A DNA stretch of 64,000 nt from an uncultured Vicingus sp. (lineage in GTDB: Bacteria; Bacteroidota; Bacteroidia; Flavobacteriales_E; Vicingaceae). The stretch spans positions 880 to 64,879 of the forward strand of contig CAYJMI010000002.1 in assembly GCA_964371285.1 (NCBI GenBank). The letters are read 5' to 3'. The position numbers and the translations under genes were made by a program. The notes under the pieces are model-generated. The model did not search any database, had not been told where the DNA came from, and was given only the letters and a program-made list of their open reading frames with translations. Every line of letters begins with the position of its first letter. The stretch's first letter is position 1. Of the stretch, positions 1 through 9,623 are shown piece by piece.

Positions 1-1187
1 CTTATTTTGTCTCCTTCTTTTTTATCAACAGGAATAGGCTCACCCGAAATCATAGACTCATCAATACTACTATGTCCATCTGTAATTTTTCCATCTACTG
101 GAATTTTATCCCCTGGTTTTACTCTCAATAAATTGCCTACTTGAATATCATGTATAGAAATAACTCTATCAACACCATTCTCGACTAAAACTGCTTCTGA
201 AGGGGTTAATTTCAGTAGCTCTTTAATTGCTCCACTGGTTTGACTGTGTGCTCTTGCTTCTAACAATTGTCCTAACAATACCAAAGTTAAAATAACTGCT
301 GCTGCTTCAAAATAAAGCAAAACTGTTCCTGATTCAGTTTTAAATTCATCTGGGAAAATATCTGGAAAAAGTAAACCTACAACACTAAACAGAAATGCAA
401 CTCCTGTTCCAATACCAACCAATGTAAACATGTTTAAATTCCATGTAATTATGGATTTCCATGCTCTAACAAAAAACATCCAACAAGCGTAAAAAACGAC
501 TGGTATAGTTAAAATTAATTGTACCCAATTCCAATTTTGTTGGCTTGTTATTTTTGCTAATGGATTTCCTGGAATTAAATCCGCCATAGCTATAACAAAA
601 ACTGGTAATGAAAATATAGTAGCAACTATCATTTTCTTTACCAATCCTTTATAAATTTTTTGTTCCTCACTTACACTAGGTTCTAAAGGAACTAAATCCA
701 TTCCGCATTTTGGACACGAACCTGGCTTATCAGTAATTACTTCAGGATGCATTGGGCAAGTGTATTGTTGTCCTGAATTAATTTTAGGTTGTTCTACTAA
801 ATGCATTCCGCAAACTGGGCAATCACCTAGTTTATTATAAGTTTTTTCACCCTCACAATGCATTGGACAATAATAAGTTCCATTGCCTTCTATCTTTTTA
901 GCTTCTTTATGATGATGTTCTTCTTTCTCTCCACCACAGCAAGAACTAGTAGCTTGTTTTTCAGAATTCACATCCATTTTATCCTCAACTTCAATCGTAT
1001 AGTTTCCAACTTTATTCAAAGCTTCTTGTATAATTTTGGTAGCAACATGAGTATCCATTTCTATAACTGCTTTATCAGGCAAACTGACTGCTGCTTTTGA
1101 AATTCCGCCTATGTCGTTAAGTACCATTTCTACTTTAGTTCTACAACTATCACAAGACATTCCTGTTACTTTATAAGTGTGTACCAT
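1..1187 (-). CDS. Heavy-metal translocating P1B-type ATPase, N-terminal ~395 aa (3' end lies beyond window start)
   Basis: ORF is open to position 1 with ATG at 1187-1185. Hand translation gives MVHTYKVTGMSCDSCRTKV (HMA, GMxCxxC), then YYCPMHCEGEKTYNKLGDCPVCGMHL and YTCPMHPEVITDKPGSCPKCGMDL cassettes. Hydrophobic helices follow, and actuator-domain IDESMISGEPIPVDKKEGDKI sits at the window edge. Absent from the ORF track because it has no stop. Confidence 0.85.
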   Translation of the reverse strand, partial: MVHTYKVTGMSCDSCRTKVEMVLNDIGGISKAAVSLPDKAVIEMDTHVATKIIQEALNKVGNYTIEVEDKMDVNSEKQATSSCCGGEKEEHHHKEAKKIEGNGTYYCPMHCEGEKTYNKLGDCPVCGMHLVEQPKINSGQQYTCPMHPEVITDKPGSCPKCGMDLVPLEPSVSEEQKIYKGLVKKMIVATIFSLPVFVIAMADLIPGNPLAKITSQQNWNWVQLILTIPVVFYACWMFFVRAWKSIITWNLNMFTLVGIGTGVAFLFSVVGLLFPDIFPDEFKTESGTVLLYFEAAAVILTLVLLGQLLEARAHSQTSGAIKELLKLTPSEAVLVENGVDRVISIHDIQVGNLLRVKPGDKIPVDGKITDGHSSIDESMISGEPIPVDKKEGDKI

Positions 1188-1342
1188 ATTTTGTAGTTTA
1201 TACTATTATTCAAATTTAGCTTCTAAGCATTTCAGTATCGTTACATAATTATCGTAAAAAATTATACAATTTATAGTTTGTCTAATGACACTCTTTTTTA
1301 AACAACTTTAATTTCTTTGCTTTTCAAAATCTTAATTTTAAA

Positions 1343-1373
1343 AGAGTTCTCCTTAATTTTTAAGGAGAACTCT
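1343..1373 (-). terminator. Rho-independent terminator candidate after the 74-aa lipoprotein gene
   Basis: Perfect 13-bp inverted repeat agagttctcctta / taaggagaactct with a 5-nt loop, followed on the minus strand by TTTT (1339-1342). Confidence 0.55.
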
Positions 1374-1381
1374 AATTGTAA

Positions 1382-1606
1382 TTACTCTGCAACGATGGTT
1401 AAATCCATACCACATTTTGGGCATGAACCAGCTTCGGTGTAGGTTTTTTCACCTTCGCATTTCATAGGGCAAGCATAAATTGTAGCGGAAATTTCGTCAG
1501 TTGAAGTTTCGGTTGCTTCTTCGTGGTTTTTTTCCCCGCCACAAGCTACTAAAGTAAATGTTCCAATAATAGCTATCACACTAAATTTTAAAATGCTCTT
1601 TTTCAT
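1382..1606 (-). CDS. Small lipoprotein with heavy-metal-binding cassette (HMBD-type CPM..CPxCGM)
   Basis: Signal peptide plus lipobox (LVAC); YACPMKCEGEKTYTEAGSCPKCGMDL matches the cassettes in the neighbouring ATPase. Confidence 0.7.
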   Translation of the reverse strand: MKKSILKFSVIAIIGTFTLVACGGEKNHEEATETSTDEISATIYACPMKCEGEKTYTEAGSCPKCGMDLTIVAE

Positions 1607-1632
1607 AAATTATTTTATTAAAGGGTTAATTT

Positions 1633-3663
1633 TTATTGTGTTATCATTAATTTTTTAGTTTCTATAACATCTCCATTAGTCAGTTTTACGAAATAGATTC
1701 CACCTGATAAGTGACTAATATTTAACTGATTATTTCTCTGTCCAATTTTCATACTAGCCACTTCTTTCCCAATAGAATTATATAATAGAACTTGAACTCC
1801 ATTAACAACAGGCTGGTTCAACCTAAAGTTAACTAAGTTTTTAGCAGGATTAGGCATCATTTCGAATAATGGTTGTGAAATGTTTAGCGTTTCAATTCCT
1901 GTCACACCAGTAATATTAATATCGTCAATATATAAATTATTACCCCCATCAGTAATATTCACTATTTTAATTCGAACATATTGTGCAGAACTATAACTGT
2001 TTAATGAAATAGTTGCATCACGCCACTGAGTTGAATCAGGAATAAATGGGGTAGTTTGCGTTGGTCCAGTTGCTAAAGCGGTATTCGATTTGTAAAATAT
2101 TTGTGTAAAGTTCGAGCCACAATCAGTCGAAAGTAACACAATTAATTCATCGGTAAACGAAGGGTCGGATTTAGCATATGCCCATTTAAAAGTCATAACC
2201 GGGCTGGTCAACGAGGACAAATCAAAATATGGTAGAATAATTTCATCGGCAGAACCATAATTAGTATTAATGTAATTATCTATTTTAACAGAATAATTTC
2301 CAGACACAGAAGCTGCTGAGTCTAAACCCCACGTAACTCCTCCATCAGGGTTATTAATCACAATATTTTGAGGTGGGAATATTCCAGAATCAAAATCTTC
2401 AGCAAAGGGAATCGGATCTCCTACACCAGGATTAGAAACGCTAATGTAATTTGGCATTAATAAGGTATCGGTAGAGGTTCCGTTAGATACAATAAGTTGC
2501 ACATCATAATTTCCAATTGTACTGTAGGTAATGGTAGGATTTTCCACTATTGATGACGTGGGTAAACCTCCTGGGAATGCCCACTGCCAACTTGTTGCAT
2601 CGTTGAGTGAAATATCCATAAAACGAACATTGTTACCAAAACAAATGATTTGCGTTAAAGTGACAAAATCAGCAACTACAGGGCAACTAGGTGGTGCGAC
2701 ATAAGCGGAATCACAGCCTGTTGAAATCAAATTAGCTTCTGACCAAATATTAGTTCTAATAGTGGTTAGTGTAGCTTGTATTCGATCTTTCTGACCTTGA
2801 GTAAACATATTTTTACATGCATCGTTAGTGTAATTCATGTAATTTTCTTTTTGATCGTTTACGTCAGGAAAATCATTGTTGCAAGTATTAAGTGTAGAGC
2901 AATTAAAACTAGGAGATGCTTGTGGAGGTGTATCACAAACGTAATCACCATCCAAACATAAATCTGTTCCACAACCATTGTTAAAAGTATGGTACAATCC
3001 AAACCAATGTCCAATTTCGTGTGAAGCTGTTCTACCTAAACTACCCGAGGCAGTTCCTATTTTCCCGAAAACACTATGTTTCATCACCATACCATCTTCA
3101 TCAGCGGGTCCACCCGGAAAAGACGAGTAGCCCAAAACACCACCATTAATAGTTTTTACGATGTAGATGTTCATGTAACGTGTATTATCCCAAAAAGACA
3201 ATTGCTTTAATTGAGCACGCTGGTAAGTTTGATGATTGGCTAATGGGGTATTAATACGGACAATTCCATTGGTGCATTTACCATTTGGATCAATTTTAGC
3301 CAAACAAAATCGAACTTTAGTGTCAACTCCACTACCATCTCCTAAAGTACCAGGAAGTTTCCCGTAATCTTCATTCATTATAGTAATTTGACTTTGGATT
3401 TGAGCATCAGAAATATTTTCTGTACCTCCCGTGTGCAACACATGAACCACCACAGGTATAACTCTGATGGTGTCGTTAGTTTTGTTCAATTTAGCTTTTA
3501 AAAGGCCTCGTTGAATCATTGTCTCAGTAGCGATGATTGATTTATTATTAGTGTATTCATCGAAATAACACGAGTTTATCTCTTTAAATTGGGCAAATGA
3601 TGAATTTATAACTATTGAAAAAAATAATCCAATTATTATTACTTGTTTAATTACGTGTTTCAT
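1633..3663 (-). CDS. Secreted zinc metalloprotease (M43/pappalysin-like HExxHxxGxxH) with T9SS C-terminal sorting domain
   Basis: Signal peptide; HEIGHWFGLYH zinc motif; C-terminal MPNPAKNLVNF...GIYFVKL... beta-sandwich tail typical of T9SS type A cargo. Confidence 0.75.
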   Translation of the reverse strand: MKHVIKQVIIIGLFFSIVINSSFAQFKEINSCYFDEYTNNKSIIATETMIQRGLLKAKLNKTNDTIRVIPVVVHVLHTGGTENISDAQIQSQITIMNEDYGKLPGTLGDGSGVDTKVRFCLAKIDPNGKCTNGIVRINTPLANHQTYQRAQLKQLSFWDNTRYMNIYIVKTINGGVLGYSSFPGGPADEDGMVMKHSVFGKIGTASGSLGRTASHEIGHWFGLYHTFNNGCGTDLCLDGDYVCDTPPQASPSFNCSTLNTCNNDFPDVNDQKENYMNYTNDACKNMFTQGQKDRIQATLTTIRTNIWSEANLISTGCDSAYVAPPSCPVVADFVTLTQIICFGNNVRFMDISLNDATSWQWAFPGGLPTSSIVENPTITYSTIGNYDVQLIVSNGTSTDTLLMPNYISVSNPGVGDPIPFAEDFDSGIFPPQNIVINNPDGGVTWGLDSAASVSGNYSVKIDNYINTNYGSADEIILPYFDLSSLTSPVMTFKWAYAKSDPSFTDELIVLLSTDCGSNFTQIFYKSNTALATGPTQTTPFIPDSTQWRDATISLNSYSSAQYVRIKIVNITDGGNNLYIDDINITGVTGIETLNISQPLFEMMPNPAKNLVNFRLNQPVVNGVQVLLYNSIGKEVASMKIGQRNNQLNISHLSGGIYFVKLTNGDVIETKKLMITQ

Positions 3664-3667
3664 TTTT

Positions 3668-3928
3668 TTAATTAAGGTTTGTGTTATTATAAATTTTTAA
3701 TTTCTGTTTGATATATTTTTTCATACCTCCTATTGTAAGAACATGCTTAATATCGTAAATAGGAATCTCTACTTGAAATATTGTTTGAATTTCTTTTATA
3801 AAACAAACTGTTTCTTCCAAACTAAATTCTAGTTCAACTAAAAATCTTGCATTATCAACAATAGATTTTTCATCAACTAGAAATTTCTCTTTTAAAAATA
3901 CATTAAATTGTTCATCAAAAGTTTTCAT
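3668..3928 (-). CDS. Hypothetical small protein (weak acyl-carrier-protein-like pattern)
   Basis: Tightly packed in the operon (4 nt from the next gene). LVELEFSLEETVCFIKEIQTIF loosely resembles the ACP helix II region; not firm. Confidence 0.35.
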   Translation of the reverse strand: MKTFDEQFNVFLKEKFLVDEKSIVDNARFLVELEFSLEETVCFIKEIQTIFQVEIPIYDIKHVLTIGGMKKYIKQKLKIYNNTNLN

Positions 3929-3932
3929 CTAA

Positions 3933-4307
3933 TTAAATTTTGCAGTTATTTTTTTTTTCTTGATAAAGAATATGAAGAACGACAGTGTCAATTTTTATCT
4001 TCTCAGTAAAAATTATTTTAAGTGCTTGTAAGTTTTTTGTAAGCTCTAATTGATGTCGTTCCTTACTTCCATCTTTTAAAGTAAATTCAACAAATCCATT
4101 TAAATTTTTATCTTCTATTGTTGTTTTTTCATCATTATCTAATAGGTAAAAGAACAATCTTTTAATGCCTTGAACTTTTTCAATAGAATAGCCATCATTG
4201 GCATGTTCGACAATTCCTCCATGTGGTGTTTCATCACCATGTTTACTGGGGTTTTCATTCATATTTAAAAAAGATAGCAATAATATAATCATCGTTAAAA
4301 GTTTCAT
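3933..4307 (-). CDS. Hypothetical secreted protein with N-terminal His-rich segment
   Basis: Signal peptide; SKHGDETPHGG; same-strand operon context. Confidence 0.5.
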   Translation of the reverse strand: MKLLTMIILLLSFLNMNENPSKHGDETPHGGIVEHANDGYSIEKVQGIKRLFFYLLDNDEKTTIEDKNLNGFVEFTLKDGSKERHQLELTKNLQALKIIFTEKIKIDTVVLHILYQEKKNNCKI

Positions 4308-4338
4308 TATACTTTGTTTAATGTTTAACTAAAATGTT

Positions 4339-4396
4339 AAAAACACCCCCTTTATTAAATTCAGTATGGGCCCAGAAAATAATAAATAAGGGGTGT
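4339..4396 (-). terminator. Terminator candidate downstream of 4464..4931
   Basis: Imperfect ~12-bp GC-containing stem (acaccccctttatt / aataaggggtgt) with a long loop, followed on the minus strand by T5 (4339-4343). Confidence 0.35.
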
Positions 4397-4463
4397 CTGT
4401 GTTTATAAAACATATAAACACAAAAAAGTATAGCACTAAAGCACTACACCTAAAAAGATGAAA

Positions 4464-4931
4464 TCAAATTTGAAAAGATTGGATGGCTATCCTAATATCT
4501 GGAAACCTCGGTAAAATATCAGGTGGAAGTCTATCGTTAGAAAAATATCCTGCTGATAGATTACAATTTGAAAGATTTGCTACTACAGTATATAAAACTG
4601 TGAGTTGAATAAAAGAGAAACTATATTCAGCTTGACTTATTGGTGCAACTTGAACCGAAGCAAAGAAAGTAGATGCTTCATCATCACAACAACCATCATC
4701 TTTATTCTTGTTTTCTTGTTTTTTACTACCTTCATCTCCATGATCATGATTGTGGCCATCTCCATGGTCGTGACTTCCATGACTATGTTTTTCAACTACT
4801 GGTGAAAACCAATTCAAATCCTCAACAACATTCCCAATCGAACAACCAATATTAATCATGTATATCCCTAAAAAGGAAAACAACAAGATAAAGGCACTTG
4901 TCTTAGGAGATATTTTACAAAACAGTTTCAT
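4464..4931 (-). CDS. Small membrane-anchored His-rich protein, HYC_CC_PP-like (CC and PP motifs)
   Basis: N-terminal TM; HSHGSHDHGDGHNHDHGDEG; DDGCCDDE; RLPPDILPRFPDIRIAIQSFQI tail, paralogous to the tails of 18765..19175 and 25019..25507. Confidence 0.55.
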   Translation of the reverse strand: MKLFCKISPKTSAFILLFSFLGIYMINIGCSIGNVVEDLNWFSPVVEKHSHGSHDHGDGHNHDHGDEGSKKQENKNKDDGCCDDEASTFFASVQVAPISQAEYSFSFIQLTVLYTVVANLSNCNLSAGYFSNDRLPPDILPRFPDIRIAIQSFQI

Positions 4932-5065
4932 TTATATATCCATCAAATATACAATATTTTAAGTTTACATTTATACAAAATGAGCTCATTTTTATCCAAA
5001 AAATCCATAAGTTTAATCATCTTACATTTTGTATTACAATTGTTTTTTTCTTCTAAAAACATTAA

Positions 5066-5521
5066 TTAAAACTTATCTCTTAAAGCAGTCAGCCATTCTA
5101 TCAATCTTATTTTTTCCTCGTCTGATAGTTTTGCATTTCGGTGTATTAAGGTATAGGATGATAAAGGCATTTCTTCCTTTTCAATTTGACTAATAATTGA
5201 TTTTAATTTGTTTTTTTGTCTACGTTTGCTATAGTTACCAAATTCGCTAAAATTAAGCTCTGCCTTACCTTCTTTAATATGCCGCTCCATAAACCAACTT
5301 ACAGGCTGAATTTTATTGTACCACGGATAAGCTGTATTGTTACTATGGCAATCGTAACAAGAAGTTTGTAATAATTGTTTTATGTTATTTGGAACTTTGT
5401 AAACGCGTTCAAAATTGGTAGGGAACACCTCTATGGTTTGATTACGTTTGGTTGGAATAAATTGTATTCCAACCAACACAACCAATAGAATTAAAGCGAT
5501 TATTTTTAACTTAGTCTTCAT
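5066..5521 (-). CDS. Haem-binding domain protein (Haem_bd family, CxxCH)
   Basis: CYDCHSNNTAYPWYNKIQPVSWFMERHIKEGKAELNFSEF matches the conserved core of this family. Confidence 0.75.
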   Translation of the reverse strand: MKTKLKIIALILLVVLVGIQFIPTKRNQTIEVFPTNFERVYKVPNNIKQLLQTSCYDCHSNNTAYPWYNKIQPVSWFMERHIKEGKAELNFSEFGNYSKRRQKNKLKSIISQIEKEEMPLSSYTLIHRNAKLSDEEKIRLIEWLTALRDKF

Positions 5522-5522
5522 G

Positions 5523-6125
5523 TTAGTTAATAACTTCTTTTACTTTTCCGCATTTAGGCATTTTACTCCCAATATATGGATTACTGATTTCTTCAGTATT
5601 ACTTAACCACATTGCTCCTTTACTATCAAAAGCCATCGGACAAAAATCTATATAAATTTTTTGGTTCGTACCAACCAAAGCAATTAGGTCTTTAATGTCT
5701 TCGCTCAATATTGCTAAATGTTCTCTTTGGTGATAAATTTCGCTTTTTACAATATGTTCAGCATTTTCAATAGCACTTCCTTCTATCTCAGTATACTCAG
5801 TAGATTTAGACTCATCTAATGTTGTTTTATCGAATTCTTTAAACGCAACAATTACCTTTTCTGCTGCGGTTGCAGCTTCTTTTTCATTATCATCGGCTAA
5901 CTTAGTTTTTAACTCAAAGTAAGCATCGATAATTAAAGATAAGTCTTTTACTTTTTCACCTTCAAGAGAAGCTGTATTTGTGTGAATTTCTTCACTTTCA
6001 TCTGAATGAGCATGTTCATCACCTTCAGTATGTTCATGATTTTCAGTGTTTCCACAACCAATAAAGGTTGTACTACTAATAGCAAATAACATTGCTGTTC
6101 CTAACGTTAAAATTTGTTTTTTCAT
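5523..6125 (-). CDS. DUF3347-type lipoprotein with His/Glu-rich N-terminus
   Basis: Lipobox (FIGC); C-terminal IYIDFCPMAFDSKGAMWLSNTEEISNPYIGSKMPKCGKVKEVI is nearly identical in pattern to the C-terminus of the 594-aa RND adaptor. Confidence 0.75.
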   Translation of the reverse strand: MKKQILTLGTAMLFAISSTTFIGCGNTENHEHTEGDEHAHSDESEEIHTNTASLEGEKVKDLSLIIDAYFELKTKLADDNEKEAATAAEKVIVAFKEFDKTTLDESKSTEYTEIEGSAIENAEHIVKSEIYHQREHLAILSEDIKDLIALVGTNQKIYIDFCPMAFDSKGAMWLSNTEEISNPYIGSKMPKCGKVKEVIN

Positions 6126-6134
6126 TTTGTTTAA

Positions 6135-6253
6135 TTTTTATGGTTTATTAATGTTAAATTTTTAGGTTAATAAACATGAAATAGTCCCTTAATAGAAATA
6201 TATTCTAAATGACTAGAATTCTTATTCCATGTTTCAAAGCTGTAATTAGCCAT
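6135..6253 (-). pseudogene. Degenerate 3' fragment of a paralogue of gene 8982..9521
   Basis: The 24-bp exact match ggttaataaacatgaaatagtccc occurs at 6165-6188 and 9090-9113, flanked by ~85% similar sequence. Hand translation gives NSSHLEYIS...GTISCLLT*KFNINK versus GSGHLEHISNRGTISCLLTLKFNINK, with a frameshift and a stop. Confidence 0.45.
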
Positions 6254-6373
6254 TTAAGATTGGCTAGATTCAGGCAGAATTGAAATACGCATTTTTGTTT
6301 ATCCATTTAATTAATTTTTTCAAAAAATAATTACTCAAATATGAGGATTTTTTTATGTCATTATTAATCATAA

Positions 6374-8063
6374 TCACTGTTTCACAATTCTTGATGAGTA
6401 GTAGGTATTATTGACTCTAATTAAAACCTGATAAATTCCTTCCGATAAATTTGAAGCATCTATGAAATTAAGTGTATTTCCATTTTGAGAGAAGACTACT
6501 CTCCCAGACATGTCTATTACACGTATATCATACGTTGAATTAATTTCAGGTAATTCAAACCTGAAGCTATTTGAAACTGGATTAGGAAACACTTTAATAC
6601 TTTGAGTTAATACAAGGTTTTCATCTAAACCTACAAATCCAGAAGGTACAACCAGAAATTGCCCCATCATTCCATCATCTTCGTGCATTAGAATATGACA
6701 GTGATATACATACGGAACAATGGTATCTGTAAAAGTTTCAAATTTTGTAATAAAACGAACAGTTTCATCTGCATGAACTAACACCACATCTTTTCTTCCT
6801 CTTTCGTGAGTAGGCGGCATATTACCATCTCTGTCTATTACATAAAACTGCACATCGTGAATATGGAAAGGATGAGCAACCATAGTATTGTTTTTCAATT
6901 CCCATATTTCTGTGTTGTCTATTGGTATATAAAAATCAATACGTTCCATATCAAACAATTGCCCGTTAAAATAAAAAGGGCCATCCATTGCCATCATATT
7001 AATAGAAGTCATATCAATGGTTCTTGTGATGTTAGATTGAGCAGAAGGAATAGGTGTAACTGGAACTAATGAAGTGGGAATTGTAGTAACTGGACTTGTT
7101 GTTTGACTACCTATGTTTAATTGAAGAATACTATAATCAACTCCATTTAACGGGCTATTCATTGGCGGATTACCCGGTGGCATTGGCATAGTTGGACCTC
7201 CCTGAACACCCATTGGTAATTCAGATCCATAACTTATCAAATTGATGCTTTGGCTATTCATTCCTGTAAAGTCAATGAGTATTTCATAGCGTTCACCAGG
7301 AGAAACTCGAATTCGGGTAGCCGTTACAGGTGTATTTAGTTTTAAAGCTCATGTTTCCGGTGAGTCCGAAATTAAAAGTGCGTTCCCCTGCTGCGTTTAA
7401 TAAACGTAACCTAACTACTTGAGAAGGAACATTCAAATAAGCCGAATAGCCAAAGTTAGCCCGAATACCATTAACAAGCAAAGTGCTGTCTTGCATACCA
7501 AAAGGCATGGGTTGATTTAAACTGTCGAATTGTGCTGATTGAACAATTATTGGAAAATCATCTATTCCATATTTTCGTGGTAAAGTAATTGCTGCTTCAT
7601 CATTATCTCTTACTATTATCAATCCTGCAGCACCTTTAATAACATGTTCTGCAGTTTTTCCATGAAAGTGTGGGTGATACCAATAAGTAGAGGCTCGGTC
7701 AAGAACTGTAAATTGCGGATTCCAACTCATACTGTCCATTATCATAGTATGCGGACCCCCATCATTTGATGGTGATACATGTAAGCCATGCCAATGAACA
7801 TTGGTGGTTTCACCAATTTGATTGTTTACCGTAATGTTAATATTTTGCCCCTTGTTTAAAATTACAGTAGGACCCAAATAAGCATATTGGTTGAATGCCA
7901 GTGTTTGCGTTTTGACTCCAGGGAAAAATTGAACGCTATCCTGATGCATCGTTAGACTAATATTACTTCCTGAAAGTGTATCTGGAATAGGAATTGCTGT
8001 TTGTGAAACTGCCGATTTTGTAGAAATCAGGCATGTTATTCCGATTAAAATTAAAGGTCTCAT
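6374..8063 (-). pseudogene. Multicopper oxidase with T9SS C-terminal domain, split by a frameshift near 7340
   Basis: Upstream ORF (7293..8063) has HWHGLHVSPSNDGGPH. Downstream ORF (6374..7261) has HPFHIHDVQFYV and YHCHILMHEDDGMMGQF plus a FPNPVSNSFRF... CTD. The second frame is open upstream and reads LNTPVTATRIRVSPGERYEILIDFTG. Confidence 0.8.
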
Positions 8064-8947
8064 TTTTTTACAAATTTCTGAGTTACTATACTTTTTTGAG
8101 TTTGAATTTTCAGCGAATAGTTTCCTGGTGGTAATTGACTTATAGAAATATTTTGTAATAAGGTTTCATTGGCATTTTTTAACCAAACAACCTTGCCATG
8201 TATATCAATGATTTCATAGTTTATTACCGAAGATTTTAATCCTGATAAATCAACCACCAGTATTTCAGAGGAAGGATTTGGATACACCTTAAAAAAATCT
8301 GTTACTTCAATATTTTCAACACTCGTAACCAATCCTGTAAAATCAAGATTATCGACATACAAATAACTATTTGCTTCAGGATTTGCTCCACTTGCATTCA
8401 AAATGATGATACAGCTATCAGGGAAATCTGTGCTATTGTATGAAATAGGAAAACTAAAATTGGCCCAACTCATTTGCATTCCATTCAAATTCTGAGTAGT
8501 ATATCCTATAGTATCTCTCATATTCATCCCTGTATCCCATTTAGTAAAATAAACTCTGATATAACCATTGTCATCTGGTGAATTCCCCATAAACTGCCAT
8601 TTACCTGTTAAAGCTGTTGGTCGTTGATTAAATGCAAAACCTGAAACGGGTGCTAAAGAATTTTCGTCCAAAACACCACTTACCGCAATTCCTGGCATAA
8701 TACCCATGCCAGTTACATTTTTAGAAACAAGTTTCAAATAAGATGCTCCAGGATTACCCGGGGTACCTTTAGTGCAAGTGTAAATATTTGCCATTGAGGT
8801 CATATCGTTTAGATTTCCCCAGTTGTCTGGTATGTTGTATCCATTTGGATTTGACCAGTTTTCAAAACCTGCATTAGGTATTGATTGTGCATTGGAAATC
8901 GCTACAGCGAACATCAACACACATGTTGTTAAAATTAATTTTTTCAT
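8060..8947 (-). CDS. Secreted protein with T9SS C-terminal sorting domain, function unknown
   Basis: Signal peptide; C-terminal VYPNPSSEILVVDL...GNYSLKIQT tail; ATGA overlap with the multicopper oxidase start. Confidence 0.6.
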   Translation of the reverse strand: MKKLILTTCVLMFAVAISNAQSIPNAGFENWSNPNGYNIPDNWGNLNDMTSMANIYTCTKGTPGNPGASYLKLVSKNVTGMGIMPGIAVSGVLDENSLAPVSGFAFNQRPTALTGKWQFMGNSPDDNGYIRVYFTKWDTGMNMRDTIGYTTQNLNGMQMSWANFSFPISYNSTDFPDSCIIILNASGANPEANSYLYVDNLDFTGLVTSVENIEVTDFFKVYPNPSSEILVVDLSGLKSSVINYEIIDIHGKVVWLKNANETLLQNISISQLPPGNYSLKIQTQKSIVTQKFVKK

Positions 8948-8981
8948 TTTGTTCGGATTTTATGTTTTATTAACAATTTAT

Positions 8982-9521
8982 TTAATGTTTATTTAATACG
9001 ACTTGAACTATTTCAATTTGTATTTCATCTTTTAAGTTTAAATCTCCTACATCTAATCCTAAATCATTTTTATTAATATTAAATTTTAAGGTTAATAAAC
9101 ATGAAATAGTCCCCCTATTAGAAATGTGTTCTAAATGGCCTGAACCCCTAATCATTTTATTGTTGGTAGAGATAATTCCTTCAACAACAAAATCAAGAGG
9201 AGGGTGTCCTTCTGTATTGATATTGTCAATAGCTAGTTTACCATTAAATGTGATGATGTCATACTTCATTAAAACCAATTTTTTATCCAATGAGTCGATA
9301 CCAGTATGAAACGTAGATTTGTCCATTTTCATAATGAATTCAGCATTGTCATAATTTAGTATCACAACTAAATCTTTGGTCAATATTTTTAACACCGAAT
9401 CTGATGCTATAGTTGTAATCAACATATCACCACTCTGTGTACGATATACTTCTTGTCCTTTTATGTAGTTGAAAAGAATCAAGAAGAAAAACAGAATTAT
9501 ACTTTTAAATATTGAGCTCAT
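8982..9521 (-). CDS. Hypothetical secreted protein (possibly YceI-like fold)
   Basis: Signal peptide; long ORF in the operon. The fold assignment is only a weak pattern impression. Confidence 0.45.
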   Translation of the reverse strand: MSSIFKSIILFFFLILFNYIKGQEVYRTQSGDMLITTIASDSVLKILTKDLVVILNYDNAEFIMKMDKSTFHTGIDSLDKKLVLMKYDIITFNGKLAIDNINTEGHPPLDFVVEGIISTNNKMIRGSGHLEHISNRGTISCLLTLKFNINKNDLGLDVGDLNLKDEIQIEIVQVVLNKH

Positions 9522-9623
9522 ACTTAATTTATTTTAAATACCTAGTGAAGGAAATGTAATTAATCAATAACCTATTTTAACTAAAAAGAATTTAAAATCA
9601 CATCTCCTTCTTAGGTTTTTTTA

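Noticed and set aside
858-1100. 80-aa plus-strand ORF
   Set aside because: It lies antisense inside the well-supported P-type ATPase frame. The sequence is low-complexity and Phe/Ile-rich, typical of a shadow ORF.
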